In this document: one piece after another, positions 35,411-48,737 of the stretch | Position numbering within the stretch: position 1 is the first letter of the stretch | Layout of the letters: each line of letters opens with the position of its first letter | Assembly (NCBI GenBank): GCA_002104905.1 | Contig: MCFE01000031.1 | Coordinates: forward strand, 1 to 64,000 | DNA: 64,000 nt | DNA from: Basidiobolus meristosporus CBS 931.73 | Taxonomy: Eukaryota; Fungi; Basidiobolomycota | Reading direction: 5' to 3' | Program-made: the position numbers and the translations under genes | Notes under the pieces: model-generated | What the model saw: the letters and a program-made list of their open reading frames with translations, nothing else | What the model was told of the DNA's origin: nothing | The model's database searches: none

Positions 35411-35702
35411 ATAAACTCTGATTTGGTAATTCGCTGGGGCATTCCGCACACCCTTGACAATGGGCAATTTATTTTGATGCTCCACAAAGTGGAAAGATCC
35501 ACAAAGGAGCTCTATAGGCTGCATACCACCCATTTGGCTCACCACTCCCACCCCAGTTGGGCCAATCAGAGCGGAGAAGGGTAAATATCCCAATGTGACG
35601 GTCCTTTTCGGAATAATTTCAAGAACCACATGCCTTTATAAAGGCGGCGTTCGTGGGCTCCCTCCTCACAGTGAACATAACCTGATCACATCTCTCCCAA
35701 CC

Positions 35703-36456
35703 ATGTCCATCGTAATCACTCCCAAGTACAGCTGGGTAAGCACCCAACCAACTCCCTGACCTCCCCACCACCTCCGACTAACCGATGCAATCCGTAGTGC
35801 GTTATCGCCGCCGTCGGAATGGGCTTCCAGCTTCTCTTGACCGGTGGTGCTGTTGCCGCCGCCAGAAAGAAGTACAACGTCCCCGTAAGTTTTCCTTAGT
35901 GATGGTGTCGACGGCGTTCCCTAATTCAAATTTTGCTAGTATCCTGATATGGGCAACGGTCGTCTCTCGACTAAGCTTACGTATGTCAAGTCATGCATCC
36001 ATGATGCTCCCACGTGATTAACATCTCCATGTTTCTAGTGATGAGGAGTGGACCAGTTTCAACAATGTCCAACGTACCCATCAAAATTACGTAGGTTTCA
36101 CCAAACCCAGTGATGCCGACCCAGTCTAGACCGACTAATCTATCCCTCTAGGTTGAACAAATCTCCACCGCTCAAAGTCTCGTTTTACTCGGTGGCCTTT
36201 ACTTCCCCGAAGTTAGTGCGACCCTGGGTGCCATTTACATCGTGAGTGTTTACTTGATCCGAGTCTAACCATCGTGCTGATGATTGACCACAACCGTTGT
36301 TCAACTTAGCTCGGCCGTGCTATCTATACCGAAGGCTACAAGAGAGTCGGCCCTAGAGGACGTATCTACGGAGTTATCCCCATTGATTTGAGTCTCTTGG
36401 GTCTGGTGGGAGTCACTCTCTTCGGAGCTGCCAAGACCTTGAAGCTCATCAAGTAA
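35703..36456 (+). CDS. MAPEG family protein (microsomal glutathione S-transferase 3-like)
   Basis: ARKKYNVPYPDMG, FNNVQRTHQNY.E and LGRAIYTEGY..GP..R across five short exons. Confidence 0.88.
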
Positions 36457-36753
36457 TCCACCGACTTTGTACAAAGATGTGACCAGGCTCCCCAATTCAA
36501 ATAAACACATTCAATCTCCCCCAAACCAACATTCGTGCTCATGGGTCAAATTTCTGTTGTTCATTCGCATTCTATGAAATCAAAAAAATCATCGGTACTA
36601 CCTCGAGCTCGAATCCGATGGCTCTGGGTTGACCAAATGAAAAGGACCCTACTCTAACGTATGGATGAAACAACATAGCATGCAGTAGATACGGAGTAAC
36701 GAGAAGATGGGTTAGCGTTGATGCGCGCTAACTCGTATGCATATGAGAATTGT

Positions 36754-39700
36754 CTATTTCTTGAGTAAAGTGTAGAATGCGTCTTGCGGGAGTTCAACGT
36801 TTCCAATCATCTTCATACGTTTCTTTCCCTCTTTTTGTTTGTTCAAAAGTTTCATCTTACGTGATACATCTCCACCGTACTATAGATCCAACTCGTTGTT
36901 AGCTATCGCATTGGTCCGAGTTTGATAGGGTATTTCACTTACGCATTTTGCGGTGACATTTTTACGCATTGGCGAAATGCTCTCGCGGGCAATAATCTTT
37001 TTACCAATGGCTGTCTGAATAACCACCTCGAAGAGTTGTCTATGCATAATCGGTTAATACATATATATCCAGAGAGAGCGCCCTAAAAGGCCATACATAA
37101 CCCATTACCTCTCGATAACCGATTTCAATTTTTTCGCCCATTCACGGCCCACCAACTCCGCCTTCGAACGATGTAACACAACAGCCAAGGCATCAACTGG
37201 ACTCCCATTCAGAAGAACATTCAGCTAGCCACAAAAGAAAGGTCAACTTGAGAGTGAATCATGCAAAAGTGCGCCACTTGTACCTTCACCAAATCAGAGT
37301 CTTGATACCCAATCTCTTCATAATCAAAACTAGCATATCCGGAAGTACGTGATTTCAGTTGGTCAAAAAAGTCGGTAACCACCTCAGACATGGGAAGTGT
37401 GTATTTCATGAGGACACGAGTATCATCGATGTAGGAGTAGTCCTGTTGTTCGCCTCGATGTGCCTGGGGAAAGTCAATTTAGCACATGTTGCACAGCTTA
37501 AAGGTAAGCACAATGCCTTACACCACATAATTCCATCATAGGCCCCATATATTCATCCGGGAAAATCATAGTGGCCATGACCATAGGTTCCTTGAGAGCG
37601 GTCACTTTGTGTGCCATGTCTTCAGGTTCGGGGAATTCGGCTGGGGTACGGATATCCTTAACTTCTCCATTCGAATATAATACTATGTCCCATATGTTGA
37701 CCATTAGAAAAATACTGTGTTGCAAAGATATCAACAATCCAAACCTCGGTAGGGCACCGTTGGCTGAGTCACAATAACGTTTGCTTCATATTCCTTTAGG
37801 ATAATGCTTAGTTGCAATCGTGGCAACTGGCTTGGCACTACTCTTACCTCCTCTAATCTTTGACGGAAAACATCTAGATGAAGAGTGCCTAAAAAGCCTA
37901 ATCTCCAACCTTGTCCGAGAGCCATACTGGGGTTGAGAGAATCTCGGCGTTTAGAAGTGCAGCCAACGTGCCATGCGATTCATTAAAATTACCTAGTTTC
38001 CCTTTGGGTGGTAACACTTGAGTCATTGAGGGTAAGCTTCGTGATCGATTCCTCGAGTTTTGTGAAATCGTTGGTATCTACCGGATAAACACCAGCGAAT
38101 ACCTTTCAAGCAAGAAGTTAGGCGAATCCGCACATTATCTTCCAGCAAGTACAACATACCATAGACTTGGCGGGTACGAAGCCTGGTAATGGCTCAACAA
38201 GTTGTTTCTGATGACAAAAGGTATCACCTATGTGCGCCTCCGTCGCTACCTTCATGTTGATGACGATGTAACCCACTTGACCAGCGTGTCTAGATTCTGG
38301 TTATTCATGGATAGCTCAACGAGAAGTTGCGAACTGTACTTACAATGCTTTGGTTGGTGTTCTTTCAGGATGCATAATACCAACTTCCATTACTTCGTAT
38401 TTGTTGCCCGTGTGGATGGAAAGCACCTTATCACCTGTAATAGAGATCATGGTGAGATACACGTGGCTTGCAAGGAATCAAATAGATATTCACCTTTTTG
38501 GATTCTTCCCTCTTTGACTGCCATTAGACATATCACACCCACATATGCATCGTACCAAGAATCAAACAGAAGAGCCTTCAGAGGCTTGCCAACATCTCCT
38601 ACAGGACTAAAAGGTCATCAGCGTGCTGCACGACCGTATACTCGAGAAGATCAAATGAGAACCTGGCGATTTTCTCGATAACTGCGGGAAGAACTTGGTC
38701 AATATTAAGGCCTGATTTAGCTGAAATCTGCATGAATATGGTGTTAGCATTCCGGGTAGTCGACAGCACAAATTTACAAATACCTTAATAATGTCGTTGG
38801 TATCAAGCTCGAAAGTGTTGGTGATTTGGTGTTTGACTTTATCGGGCTCGGCAGTTGGCAAATCAACCTACGTATATTAGGGATAGTGTGAATATCACGT
38901 AAAAATCGGCATGGATTTCGAAAATGGCTGACTTTGTTTATGATCGGGATGATAGATAGATCCTGTCCAAAAGCCAAAAAGAAGTTTGCCACAGTTTGGG
39001 CTTGGATTCCCTGGCATGCGTCAACTAGTAAGATAGCACCTTGACAGGCAGCCAGAGAACGCGAAACCTCGTAGCTAAAGTCCACATGACCCTATACCCG
39101 AGGAACTTTCGTTAGATATTACTTCATTACTAATTAGCAAATTATCAGAAATCTCTACCGGGGTATCAATCAGATTCAACAGGTACTTCTTCCCATTATG
39201 CTTATAAAACATGGATACAGTCTGTAAAGAGTATGAGTAAACGTCAAAAAGCTAAATGAATAGTGACAAGTATTGTCTGACCAACCTGAGCCTTAACCGT
39301 GATACCCCTCTCACGTTCAACTTTCAACTTGTCCAATACTTGCTTGTTGCCAGATTTAGCTGTGATTGTACCTGCTCATACTTTTAGCTAAGATTCTTTA
39401 AGCCTTGACTGAAACGTGATGCTACCTGTATTCTCTAGCAAACGGTCGGCTAGAGTACTTTTTCCATGGTCTGCAAATAAAGCAGAAAACACATAGGATA
39501 TTTCCATACATTAACACGTATTAGAGTGAAGGCGACATATTCTTGGCATACCAATATGAGCAATAATACTGAAATTGCGTATGTTTTCAGGCGGGTAATT
39601 GGAGAGGTCCAGCTCTTTATCCTTGAGACAGAATTTAACAATTAATTAGTAGCCCAACGAAGCATTCAAGTTCCGGTAACGTACTTTTAAAGACCTAGAG

Positions 39701-39882
39701 TTACTAAAGTGAGCGCGACTAACTCTATTAGTTGGGGAGGTTCTAACTCTTAGAACGGCAGCAGTCCTATGAAAGGAATAGCTATTCAAGGAGCTTCGTG
39801 TCTGGTACCCAAACAATCGACATTCAAAACCAAGTCGTGAGCAACTCCTCAAGGAATTCACTGGATTCCATATAACTGACAT
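36754..39882 (-). CDS. GUF1: Mitochondrial translation factor GUF1 (LepA/EF4)
   Basis: [60 protein letters not shown] and [14 protein letters not shown], with many short introns. Confidence 0.96.
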
Positions 39883-40103
39883 TGTAAACCAAACTCGACC
39901 AAGTGGAAGGTTTGAGGCACAATGCTTGGATAGAATTTTGGGACGGGATATTTCTTTTTTGAAATTGGCTCGAATTCGATAGAAATTTCACTTGGGTGAT
40001 CTGTGGATATAGTTTGCCAGTTTAACCTGTAATTTTGTGCAAAGTTGATTCATATTTCCAGCAATAAATACAACCTTCACCACGGCCAGACAAGCACAAG
40101 ACC

Positions 40104-41075
40104 ATGGATATGGATGAAGAAATCGACCCTTTTGAGGCGCGTTTGGCGTTTCTCTCCCTGTTAAAAAAGCTCACCGCATCGCAACAATCGATTCACAAAG
40201 CCACCAACTTCGCTATCAAATACAAGTCTCTCCATGAGGATCTCTACAGCTGCATCATTGAAGAGTTAGATCAAGTAAGGAGCGACCAATCTTATTTCTA
40301 TATATCACTTGCCACGCAAACCAATTTCTACACCACTTCAAACATCAGACTTACTTTTTTCCTTAGGCTAGTTTCAGCTCTCGCCTGAATCTGTTATATA
40401 TCCTTGATTCCATATGTCATCAGACCACACGCATGAAATTCGCTGGCTATGTGGAGTTGGTGCGCAAGGATTTGAATACCATCATTAATAAAGTGGTTCC
40501 AGACAACGCGAAAGGGAATGTAAATTTACCAAGCGCTCGTAAGGTACCCAGGATCTCCGAGTCTGCCATGTTTCCGCCATAAGTAACCTCTTGAAACCCT
40601 CAGGTACTATCTGGTTGGAAGATGAAAGGAATCGCTCCCGCTACTATCATAGAGAAAATCGAGGAGTCGCTGAATTCCCGAGACATAGGGTACGTATGGC
40701 TGTTGTCATTCAAACGAGTTTCTTCCAAAACTCAATTATTTCGCTACTATTCGTAGTGAGGCGGACTCTGGTTTGTCCAAGAGTGACATCCTGAAGCGAA
40801 TGGAAGAGGATCGCGAAAGGGTCAGTATTGAGTAACTCTTCAAGTGTAACTCGGTTTTTGGTATTGATAACGTTGCATAGCACAAGAAAATGCGTGAAGA
40901 GAATTGGGTTTGCTACTACGATCAAGAGGATGGGAAATCCAAGGAGTTCTCTAATGCCTGGGAAACCACGTCGGATTTGGACGAGAAGGATTTCGAAGCA
41001 ATGGAGCTTGACTATGGCAGATTTCGCTCCGACACAGGCCGTTCGACAAAACCTATCCAAAAGGAATCCCGTTGA
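40104..41075 (+). CDS. CTK3: CTD kinase subunit gamma
   Basis: DPFEARLAF..LKKLTASQQSI..LHEDLYSCIIEEL, RLNLLYILDSI and DILKRMEEDRERHKKMRE. Confidence 0.9.
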
Positions 41076-41195
41076 TTTGTAAAGAATCTATAGAATTGAG
41101 TCTTGGATTTATTCTCTCAATAGCTTGTAGATAGAAATATATGCATTTATAAAGCAATCTTTTGCAACAATGAGTCTATATGTGCAAAGTAGGTC

Positions 41196-42462
41196 CTAGC
41201 GCCTTCTCGTGGGGCTTTGATCTGACGATAGTATTCCAAATTCTTTGCCAGTGTATTTCTCATCCATGTTGCTCTCTTCCACATACAGTTGAACCTGGGG
41301 TTTTGAAAGGATCGGAGTGGTTTAGAGCTATGCTACAACACAGGCTGGAAGGCGGCTCTTACCTTTAGGAGGCCAGTATCGAACGATTTCAACATCATCA
41401 AATCTGCACGAGGCATACCCATAGGCTGTTCGCTCGGCTCAGCGGGAATCCAAGGAAATCCTTCCTGGCATTGCGTATGAATGGGTCAATGTTTTTGTTC
41501 TGAAAACGAAAGCTACAGAGATGGCATACGTTTGTTTGGGTGGGAGTATTGATTCCGTCGTGGAGTTGAATAACCAAGCTAAAGGTACATCCTGGTGTCA
41601 TCGATTAGTATCTAGTCCCAAGCATCCATGTTTTCAGTTGTATCTTTACCTTTGGGATTGGGCTTAAGCATTGCATCACATACGCTAATTTTAAGCAGAA
41701 AGGCTCGCAGATATAACTCAACGTCGTTAACACTCATGGTGCCTATGCTACTTGAATGGACTCAATCAATCTGATCGTTGTAGACTAAACTTCATGAATA
41801 GGGAAGTACCTTTGGCCACCGTTGTCCTTCACCTCGATCAAGGTGTTAATTTCAAATACAAACCGCTCAATAGGGACCTGATTCTTATTCAACACCACCA
41901 ACGTCATGGTCTCTACGTCTCCCTACCATAACAACGCTTTGAACCCATTCTATGTCATGCAACCTCAAGCAACATTTCTACGCCTACCTTTTCAAGATCA
42001 GGACGACACGCAAGTATCATGTCCTGGATATAAGAATTCAGGTGGGGATGGCGCGACATAGGGACCGGTACGTTGTATTTTTTTCGAGTCTCAAACAAGG
42101 CTGTTTCAATATACCGTGCCGATTAAATGGTGTTCAGAACACGGTCGATATATGTGAAACACTTTCCAGTGCCATTTACGTACAAGCGGGGTAAATTTCG
42201 CGTACATAGAGTATCATGTGTATTGCCGCTTCGACTAAACGACACCGAGGGTTAGGATAACAGTTGGGAGTTGTGTGGGCTATTCTGATCAGCCTATCGT
42301 TACTCACGGAATTCGCAAAAGACGTCGATCGTCTCTAGTGTCAAAAGATCCAGGAAAAAGTCAATAACACGACCGAGATTGAAGCTGAAGGAAGGTTGTT
42401 CTACCCGTGTAATTGAGGAGCTTTGAGTTCAGATGCCCGGTAACATCGGATGTTACGTTCAT
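41196..42462 (-). CDS. REV7: DNA polymerase zeta processivity subunit (HORMA domain)
   Basis: Spliced [62 protein letters not shown] and FPWIPAE. Confidence 0.88.
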
Positions 42463-43021
42463 GTGAGGAAACAGTGAAAACAAAGAGTCTAAACAGGGTC
42501 GGTATTACCCTATGAATAGTAGTACAGCCAAAAAAGTGAGGATTTCTTTGGTCAAAGCTCTATCCCAAATGATAATATAAGAGGGAATTGTTGTCGACGT
42601 GGTGAAATCAAACTGGAAACCAGTCACAAGACCAAACTGACCCCAGCCGAAGGGTTCGCTATACCTGTAATCACTTTATCAATGATATGTGCCATGCAGA
42701 CTCCGATTAAAACGGTCGACAGCAAGTGAGGGTCATCCATTGTTTGATCGTATGATACATCACCAGGTTTATTTCACAAAACTGTTTGGAATTCTTTCCA
42801 TCCGCCCGTTTTGGCTAGCTACATCAACGAAGCGTCCACCTCGAGAAATGACGAGTACCCAACATAAATATATACAGAAATGACTAGTGTTACATTCTAT
42901 GGCTATTTTCGATAGTATATTTCGTCGTCTGTTGACTAGAGAGGTTCGATCGACATTAGGATAACATTGTGACAAGAACAAGGTGAATCTACTGACCCCA
43001 AAATCATCGAAATCGTCATTC

Positions 43022-44103
43022 CTAGCAGAAATTCAGGTTTGAAGGCGAGGAAATGCATGGTAAGTAACATCGTGGTTGCGGCAAGAGGCTAGAACATACG
43101 TACATTTCACCCAGCGATACCTGAAGCTCCCGAACATGCTTCTTCAGGCGTTGTTTGGTGACTAGTAGATGTTGTATGTATTCCACAGCTATTACCTCGA
43201 TGTAAATCAGTGGACGCATGGACCGATGAGGAGGTATGCGTACTTACATTTCTCCAATATTACGGATTCCGATCTATGGTTGTGATTCAGTGTCGGCACA
43301 ATGTCTACTAAGCGCTCGAAGCCTATGCGAATATTCTGCCGACGCTTTTGCTCCGAAGCTATATGGTTCGCTCGCTTCTCCTCCTCAGTGAGCAGTTCAT
43401 GAGCACCCTTTTTTGCACGACCTCCCCTGGCTCCCTCCTTGGCTATTCTAGTGGTGGGACTGGGCTGCACAGAGCTGGTGCTTGCACGACGTTGATCACT
43501 ATCCACTGAATTGGAGGTTGCTCTGAGTTGCGTTGAACAGCGCCGGTATGATTGATCTTGGAAAACGCACAATCAATGGACAGGCCAATCAGAACAAGGC
43601 TAAGAAATGATGGGAATACTTGTGTCTCTGCTCATTTGGCCCATTGCTGGCAATGTGAGCCTTCTCTGAACCGTAGAGCCTGACGTTGGGAAGGAGGGTC
43701 CATCACTCCCGATTGGCCTGTAGTTGTGAAGTGGTGTCATCATTTCTGGATGTTGCGTAGCCGAGTTTGTGGTGGTGTGAAGATTGATGTACTCTATTAA
43801 AATTGTTTCAGCCAGCTTATTTGTGGGAATATCGGGAGCAAGGGCATTTCTTTACCTGGAGAGAGGTAGACTTCCTCCATTGGGTCGAGAAGGTGCATCG
43901 GGTCAAACGTCCCGACTTCCATGTTTCCCGAGTTTCTGTGGAGGAATGGTGTGGTGTCCAGCAAATGGATATCTGAAGTGTAAGAGGCATCAGTAAGCTG
44001 CCCCTTTCTCTATGGCTTGGGCAGGTGGTGGGGACCACTCACCTTCAGTGTGTGCCGACGACGTACTTGATCTTTGGTAGGCGGGATTGCTCCCCTGATG
44101 CAT
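43022..44103 (-). CDS. bHLH(-ZIP) transcription factor (MLX/Ino4-like); ends approximate
   Basis: ELLTEEEKRANHIASEQKRRQNIRIGFERLVDIVPTL..RSESVILEK..EYIQHL. Confidence 0.85.
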
Positions 44104-44483
44104 GTTCGTGTAGGAGAGAAATGGAGGCAATTCTAAAGTTGGACCGTGGTCACAAAGGAGGGCTATTTATTAGATGTTGATCAGCACCCGCTCTAAACGG
44201 CGGAGAGTGGCATGTGAAAGAGATGGGTGGGTAAATAAAGAAATTGGTGTGAGTAAGCTAGGTAACTCTATCTTGTGAGAATCATATGAATAGGGCCGTA
44301 AGCTTGGGATTTTCAGGGCGATTGGATCCGGACGAATCAAGTAATACAAGTCGATCGCCTAGAATCATCGTGGAGACCACTTCTAATCAGCTAGGTTACA
44401 AAACGCATCGCATGGCTGAATGGAAATTGGTGTCACTGATCTTCTATATTGCTCCCACCACCCATTCTCCGGACATCCACTGT

Positions 44484-45359
44484 CTATAACTGCTTCTTCT
44501 GCTCATCAACCGATAGACCACCAGGGCCCATACTCACCAACAGCATGAATCCCCCCATGACGCTCAAAATTTGGAAAAAGTCGTACTTGACGAAGTCTCT
44601 GTTGGGATGGTTCTGATGGATGGTCCACCAGTTGTTGATCACCACGTTGAAGATGGAGAGGAACAACACCAAGAACATGGCAGACCACTTGGCTTTGAAC
44701 CCAACAACGACCATGGCACAAGCGATGAGCCCAACGACGGAGAAGAGGATTCTCAATGGAGTCATTTCCCCGGCGAAGACCAACGACAAGAAGAGGAAAA
44801 TCAAGAGAATACGTCCAGCAAGTTGGAAGTAGGTCGATTTGTCAAACTCGGGGACACTAAGGAGTCCGGCAAACCCAGTTTGACGCTTGTGGTAAGCTTC
44901 GGCAAGCAACATTAGGAGACCGCCGATCAAGGAGAGATTGTGGAGGAAGAATTTGAAGTCGAACAAGAAGTTGTAGGCCAGTGTTTGGGATATGACGGTG
45001 CAGAACAGGCCTGCTGCGGCAAACTTGGTGTGCTTCTTGGTGATTGCCATGAAGGAACCCGTGAGCATAACCTTTACCATTCAAGAGATGAGTCGAAACA
45101 CGCTAAGGATGTCACCAATATAATTACATACCATGACATTGAACACAAGGAAAAAATACGCCAAGGCCCAGTTGAAACCACGGTGGTATTGAAGAAAACG
45201 CAGCTGATCTGACCACTGGAATATGATTCGGATAGAGTCTTCAATAAAGGTTGCTACTAATAAGAAGCGAGCAATAGCCGGGATATGAGGCTTGAAGGGG
45301 GCTGCTACTTTGCCAATGATATCTTCCAAACGGGAGGCAATATTATTCACTTGCTCCAT
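44484..45359 (-). CDS. ERV29: ER cargo receptor SURF4/Erv29
   Basis: IARFLLVATFIEDSIRIIFQWSDQ, KYDFFQILSVMGGFMLL and a C-terminal dilysine DEQKKQL. Confidence 0.94.
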
Positions 45360-45790
45360 CTTTGTGTGGTCAATAGATGACGGATATCAGCTACGGTTGA
45401 GAGGCCGGAGTTCGAAGAACGCGTTGAAAGTCAGCAATCTGAGGATATATATATACAGTCAGATGGAAAACTCCATTTAATCACCATACAGCAGCTACAC
45501 ACTTTCGATTGTCATTGGAGAAAAATACGTTATCTCGACCAAGTAGTTCGAAGTGGCAGTTGGAAGAAAGTAAACAACTCGATTTGGTCGGAGGATTTCA
45601 AAACAACTTAGGTTGCCTAACTTGCTGACTAAACGGCCACACTGCGTGGTTAACTCCGGATGGGATCTTTTTCAATAAATCTCCCAATTTGAAAAAAAAT
45701 CCATGATGAAAGTAATGCCCGGCAAGAGATTTCTTTCAAGACGATTATTTACCAACGTACTTCCCTTTTGGGTGCACAAGCTAGACCAAC

Positions 45791-47661
45791 ATGATGTTTT
45801 ATGACGGAAGTTTTGGTGATGGGAGAAAAGGCCCTGTGCCTCATGAGAGAATGACCGAATTCCAGGCCATCGTGCTGGCCGGCCACGGCAACAGGTTAGA
45901 CGATAGTTGGTTTCCGATCGAGCGACCCCTTCGAGGCCATGGTTTTAACTTTGCTCCTCTCGTAACACAGAATGTCTCCTCTCACCAACGAAGAGAATTT
46001 GCCAAAGGCGCTGTTGCCAGTTGCCAACAAGCCATTGCTTTGGTATCCTCTTAACTGGCTCGAGAAGGCTGGGATTAAAGGTACATTTGACTGCTTGGAA
46101 GCAGAGTTCCTGTGTATTCATGCATTGCCCAACGCTGCACATAGATATCATCGTCATCGCCCCTTCCTCTGCGAGCGCAAAGATCTCCCATTATCTGACA
46201 AGTGTATACAAAAAGACTTCCCACGTCGAGTTGGTAGCCCTGGAGGGATACGTCGGCACAGTCGAGGCTTTGCGACAAGTCAAGGACAAAATCAGGGTAT
46301 GCTTCTGTTGCGTGGCGTGAGGAATGTAAGCTCACCTCCTTCTCTCTAGCATGACTTCATTGTTATGAGCTGCGACCTGGTATTCGACTTGGTTCCCCAC
46401 GATTTCCTCAATTTCCACCGTGTCAACGATTCCACCATGACCTCGTTGTTCTACGAGCCCATCAAATCCGAGGGCGGTGGTTCTAGCAGAGACGATGATG
46501 GTAGGGCGTAGATTCAGCCACTCACACACATGGACCCGTCCGACTCACCCCATTCTTGCAGACATGAACCAGTATGTTGGCGTGGATCCCAAAGACTCTC
46601 GACTGATCTATTCCAAGGCTGCCATAGATGTCAGCGATGAATTGGTCTTCCGTATGTCTCTCCTCTGGAAGTTAGTACCATTTAATTACTTCGAGCCAGC
46701 TCCGGGCGGTTGATTGACCCCTGCCACAGACATCCCTGCATCAACGTATACACAACCCTTCGCGACGCCCACCTGTACATCTTCAAACGCTGGGTGATGG
46801 ATTTAATCGTCAAGCAGGAGAAGTTCCTCAGCATCCGTGAGGATCTGGTTCCCTACCTCACCAAGATCCAATATCAAGCCGGGCTGATCGAGAAGGATGA
46901 GATCGAAAAACGTAACCACTCCGTCGTGTCTTGTCTGCGCCAGTGTACTAATGAGCCCCCAGTCATCGCCCACTCTAGTAGCCAGCAAGATCCCTTCGCA
47001 TACTCCAGCTCCAGACGTGTTCTCGAGCAGGACCCGGTCAAATGCCTGGTGTTTTTCTACCGAGGCGGTCTCTGCGGCAGAGTCAACACAGTGGGAACCT
47101 ATTTCGATATGAACAGACATGCAAGTAGCCTCAATTCGCTCTCCAGCGCATCCTCTAATGCCCAATTTAGATGGCCAAGACCAGCACCGACGTGAGAGTC
47201 CCCGCGTCCGCTGAGATCAACTCCAAAACCCAGATCGGCTCAGACTCCATTGTTGGGGAGGGCTCTCGTATGGGTGAGAAATGCTCGGTCAAGAAGTCGA
47301 TCATCGGTGCACACTGCATCATTGGAAAGAACGTCAAAATCAGCAACACCATCCTGATGGACTACGTCCAAGTTGCCGACGGGTAATTTCCCCATGTGCT
47401 CCCCGGGCATCCCACACAGACTCACATACATCTCTCGTGTAGCGCAAAACTGGACGGGTGTGTCGTCTGCAACGGCGCCAACATCCACGAAAAGGCTCAG
47501 CTCAAGGATTGCGAAGTGGGGGCTAATGTCGTCGTAGAGAAAGATAGTAAGTGGCGCTCATTTCAGTTGGCAAGCGTCTGGCTTGTGTCTAACCCATGTC
47601 TCCCCCAACAGCCCAAGCAAAGAGTGAGCGTTTCATGGATTATCCCGAGACGAATGAATAA
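45791..47661 (+). CDS. GCD1: Translation initiation factor eIF2B gamma subunit
   Basis: [45 protein letters not shown] and C-terminal hexapeptide (LbH) repeats. Confidence 0.92.
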
Positions 47662-47838
47662 TCGTCCAGCTACATCTACAACCGCGATTGAAATAAACAT
47701 CTGAAACATCCATCTTCCTTGTGAAAGCACTTGGTTTAATCTATGATTTGGTGGGGATGAAAATACCATACAAATATCTTTAATGAGGATGCTTTGAGTA
47801 GACAATGGATGTAATAGAGGTGCTGGCCAACAGTGGGC

Positions 47839-48358
47839 TTAGAAGCCCTTCTCGGTTAACCATTTACGAACTTCGCGCACGTAGTTCCCCTTCACAACGA
47901 TTTGGGAGGTTCTTCTATTGATGGTGATGTACTCTGATGGGGCAACGGTGCTCAAATCTTGTCGGAGTTTCTAAAAGAGATAGCAAGGTTAATGGCCAGT
48001 TCGCGGGATATACGGCTCCCCTTCCCCTCTCCCAGATACTTACGTCCAAATCTCCCTCGACACGACGGACAATGGTCAGGAAGCGAGTGCCACCGTTCTT
48101 GATATCAGAGTAAACTGGCAGAGATTTGCCGGAGGTACGTTTGACGAAATATTTGATATCGGCGGGTAGCTCATTCTTTGGATACTGAACTAAGTAGAAG
48201 GCGAAGGGTCAATAAACGGTTTCACCGCCGTCAAACATGAGCAACGAGAGCATACTTGACTTCTGGTGGAAGGGGCCCTCACTCTTGGTGGAGTAGGCGC
48301 TGCGGAGAGTCCTTACGGAACCCGGTTTGTATAGACCTAAACTAATTGCTCTCAACAT
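47839..48358 (-). CDS. IMG2: Mitochondrial large ribosomal subunit protein mL49
   Basis: Presequence-like MLRAISLGLY and YFVKRTSGKSLPVYSDIKNGGTRFLTIVRRVEGD..IVVKG..V..WL.EKGF. Confidence 0.88.
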
Positions 48359-48737
48359 CGAACTCGGTTTTGGACGTCTTCCACACCAGCTAAAGCAGAA
48401 CTTTATCCCAATGGAAAACGAAAATTTTGTCCCAAAAATCCCCGCCCGGTCACGTGGGGATGGTCACGAAATTTTTATCCTCCTCAAGATGGAAGTCGAG
48501 CTCGAATGAGCAATCCTGGCCAAGTGGTGTTGGTCATGATAGAAACGATCGCATAATGTGTCACGGTAAACATTCTATTGTTATCATAAAATTAATTTGG
48601 GTGGATAAAGGAGGGAAAGGTGGTTTTGTTAAAAAGTATATATATTGCTACAGAGAAAATCTGGCCGGAAATGAATGCCCATCTCTTCCCTGTCTATTGA
48701 AAATATTCGACTGCAAATAACAAGTTCTACTGCTCAA

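Noticed and set aside
34910-35629. 239-aa minus-strand ORF
   Set aside because: Antisense to exons of the propeller gene, with no motifs.
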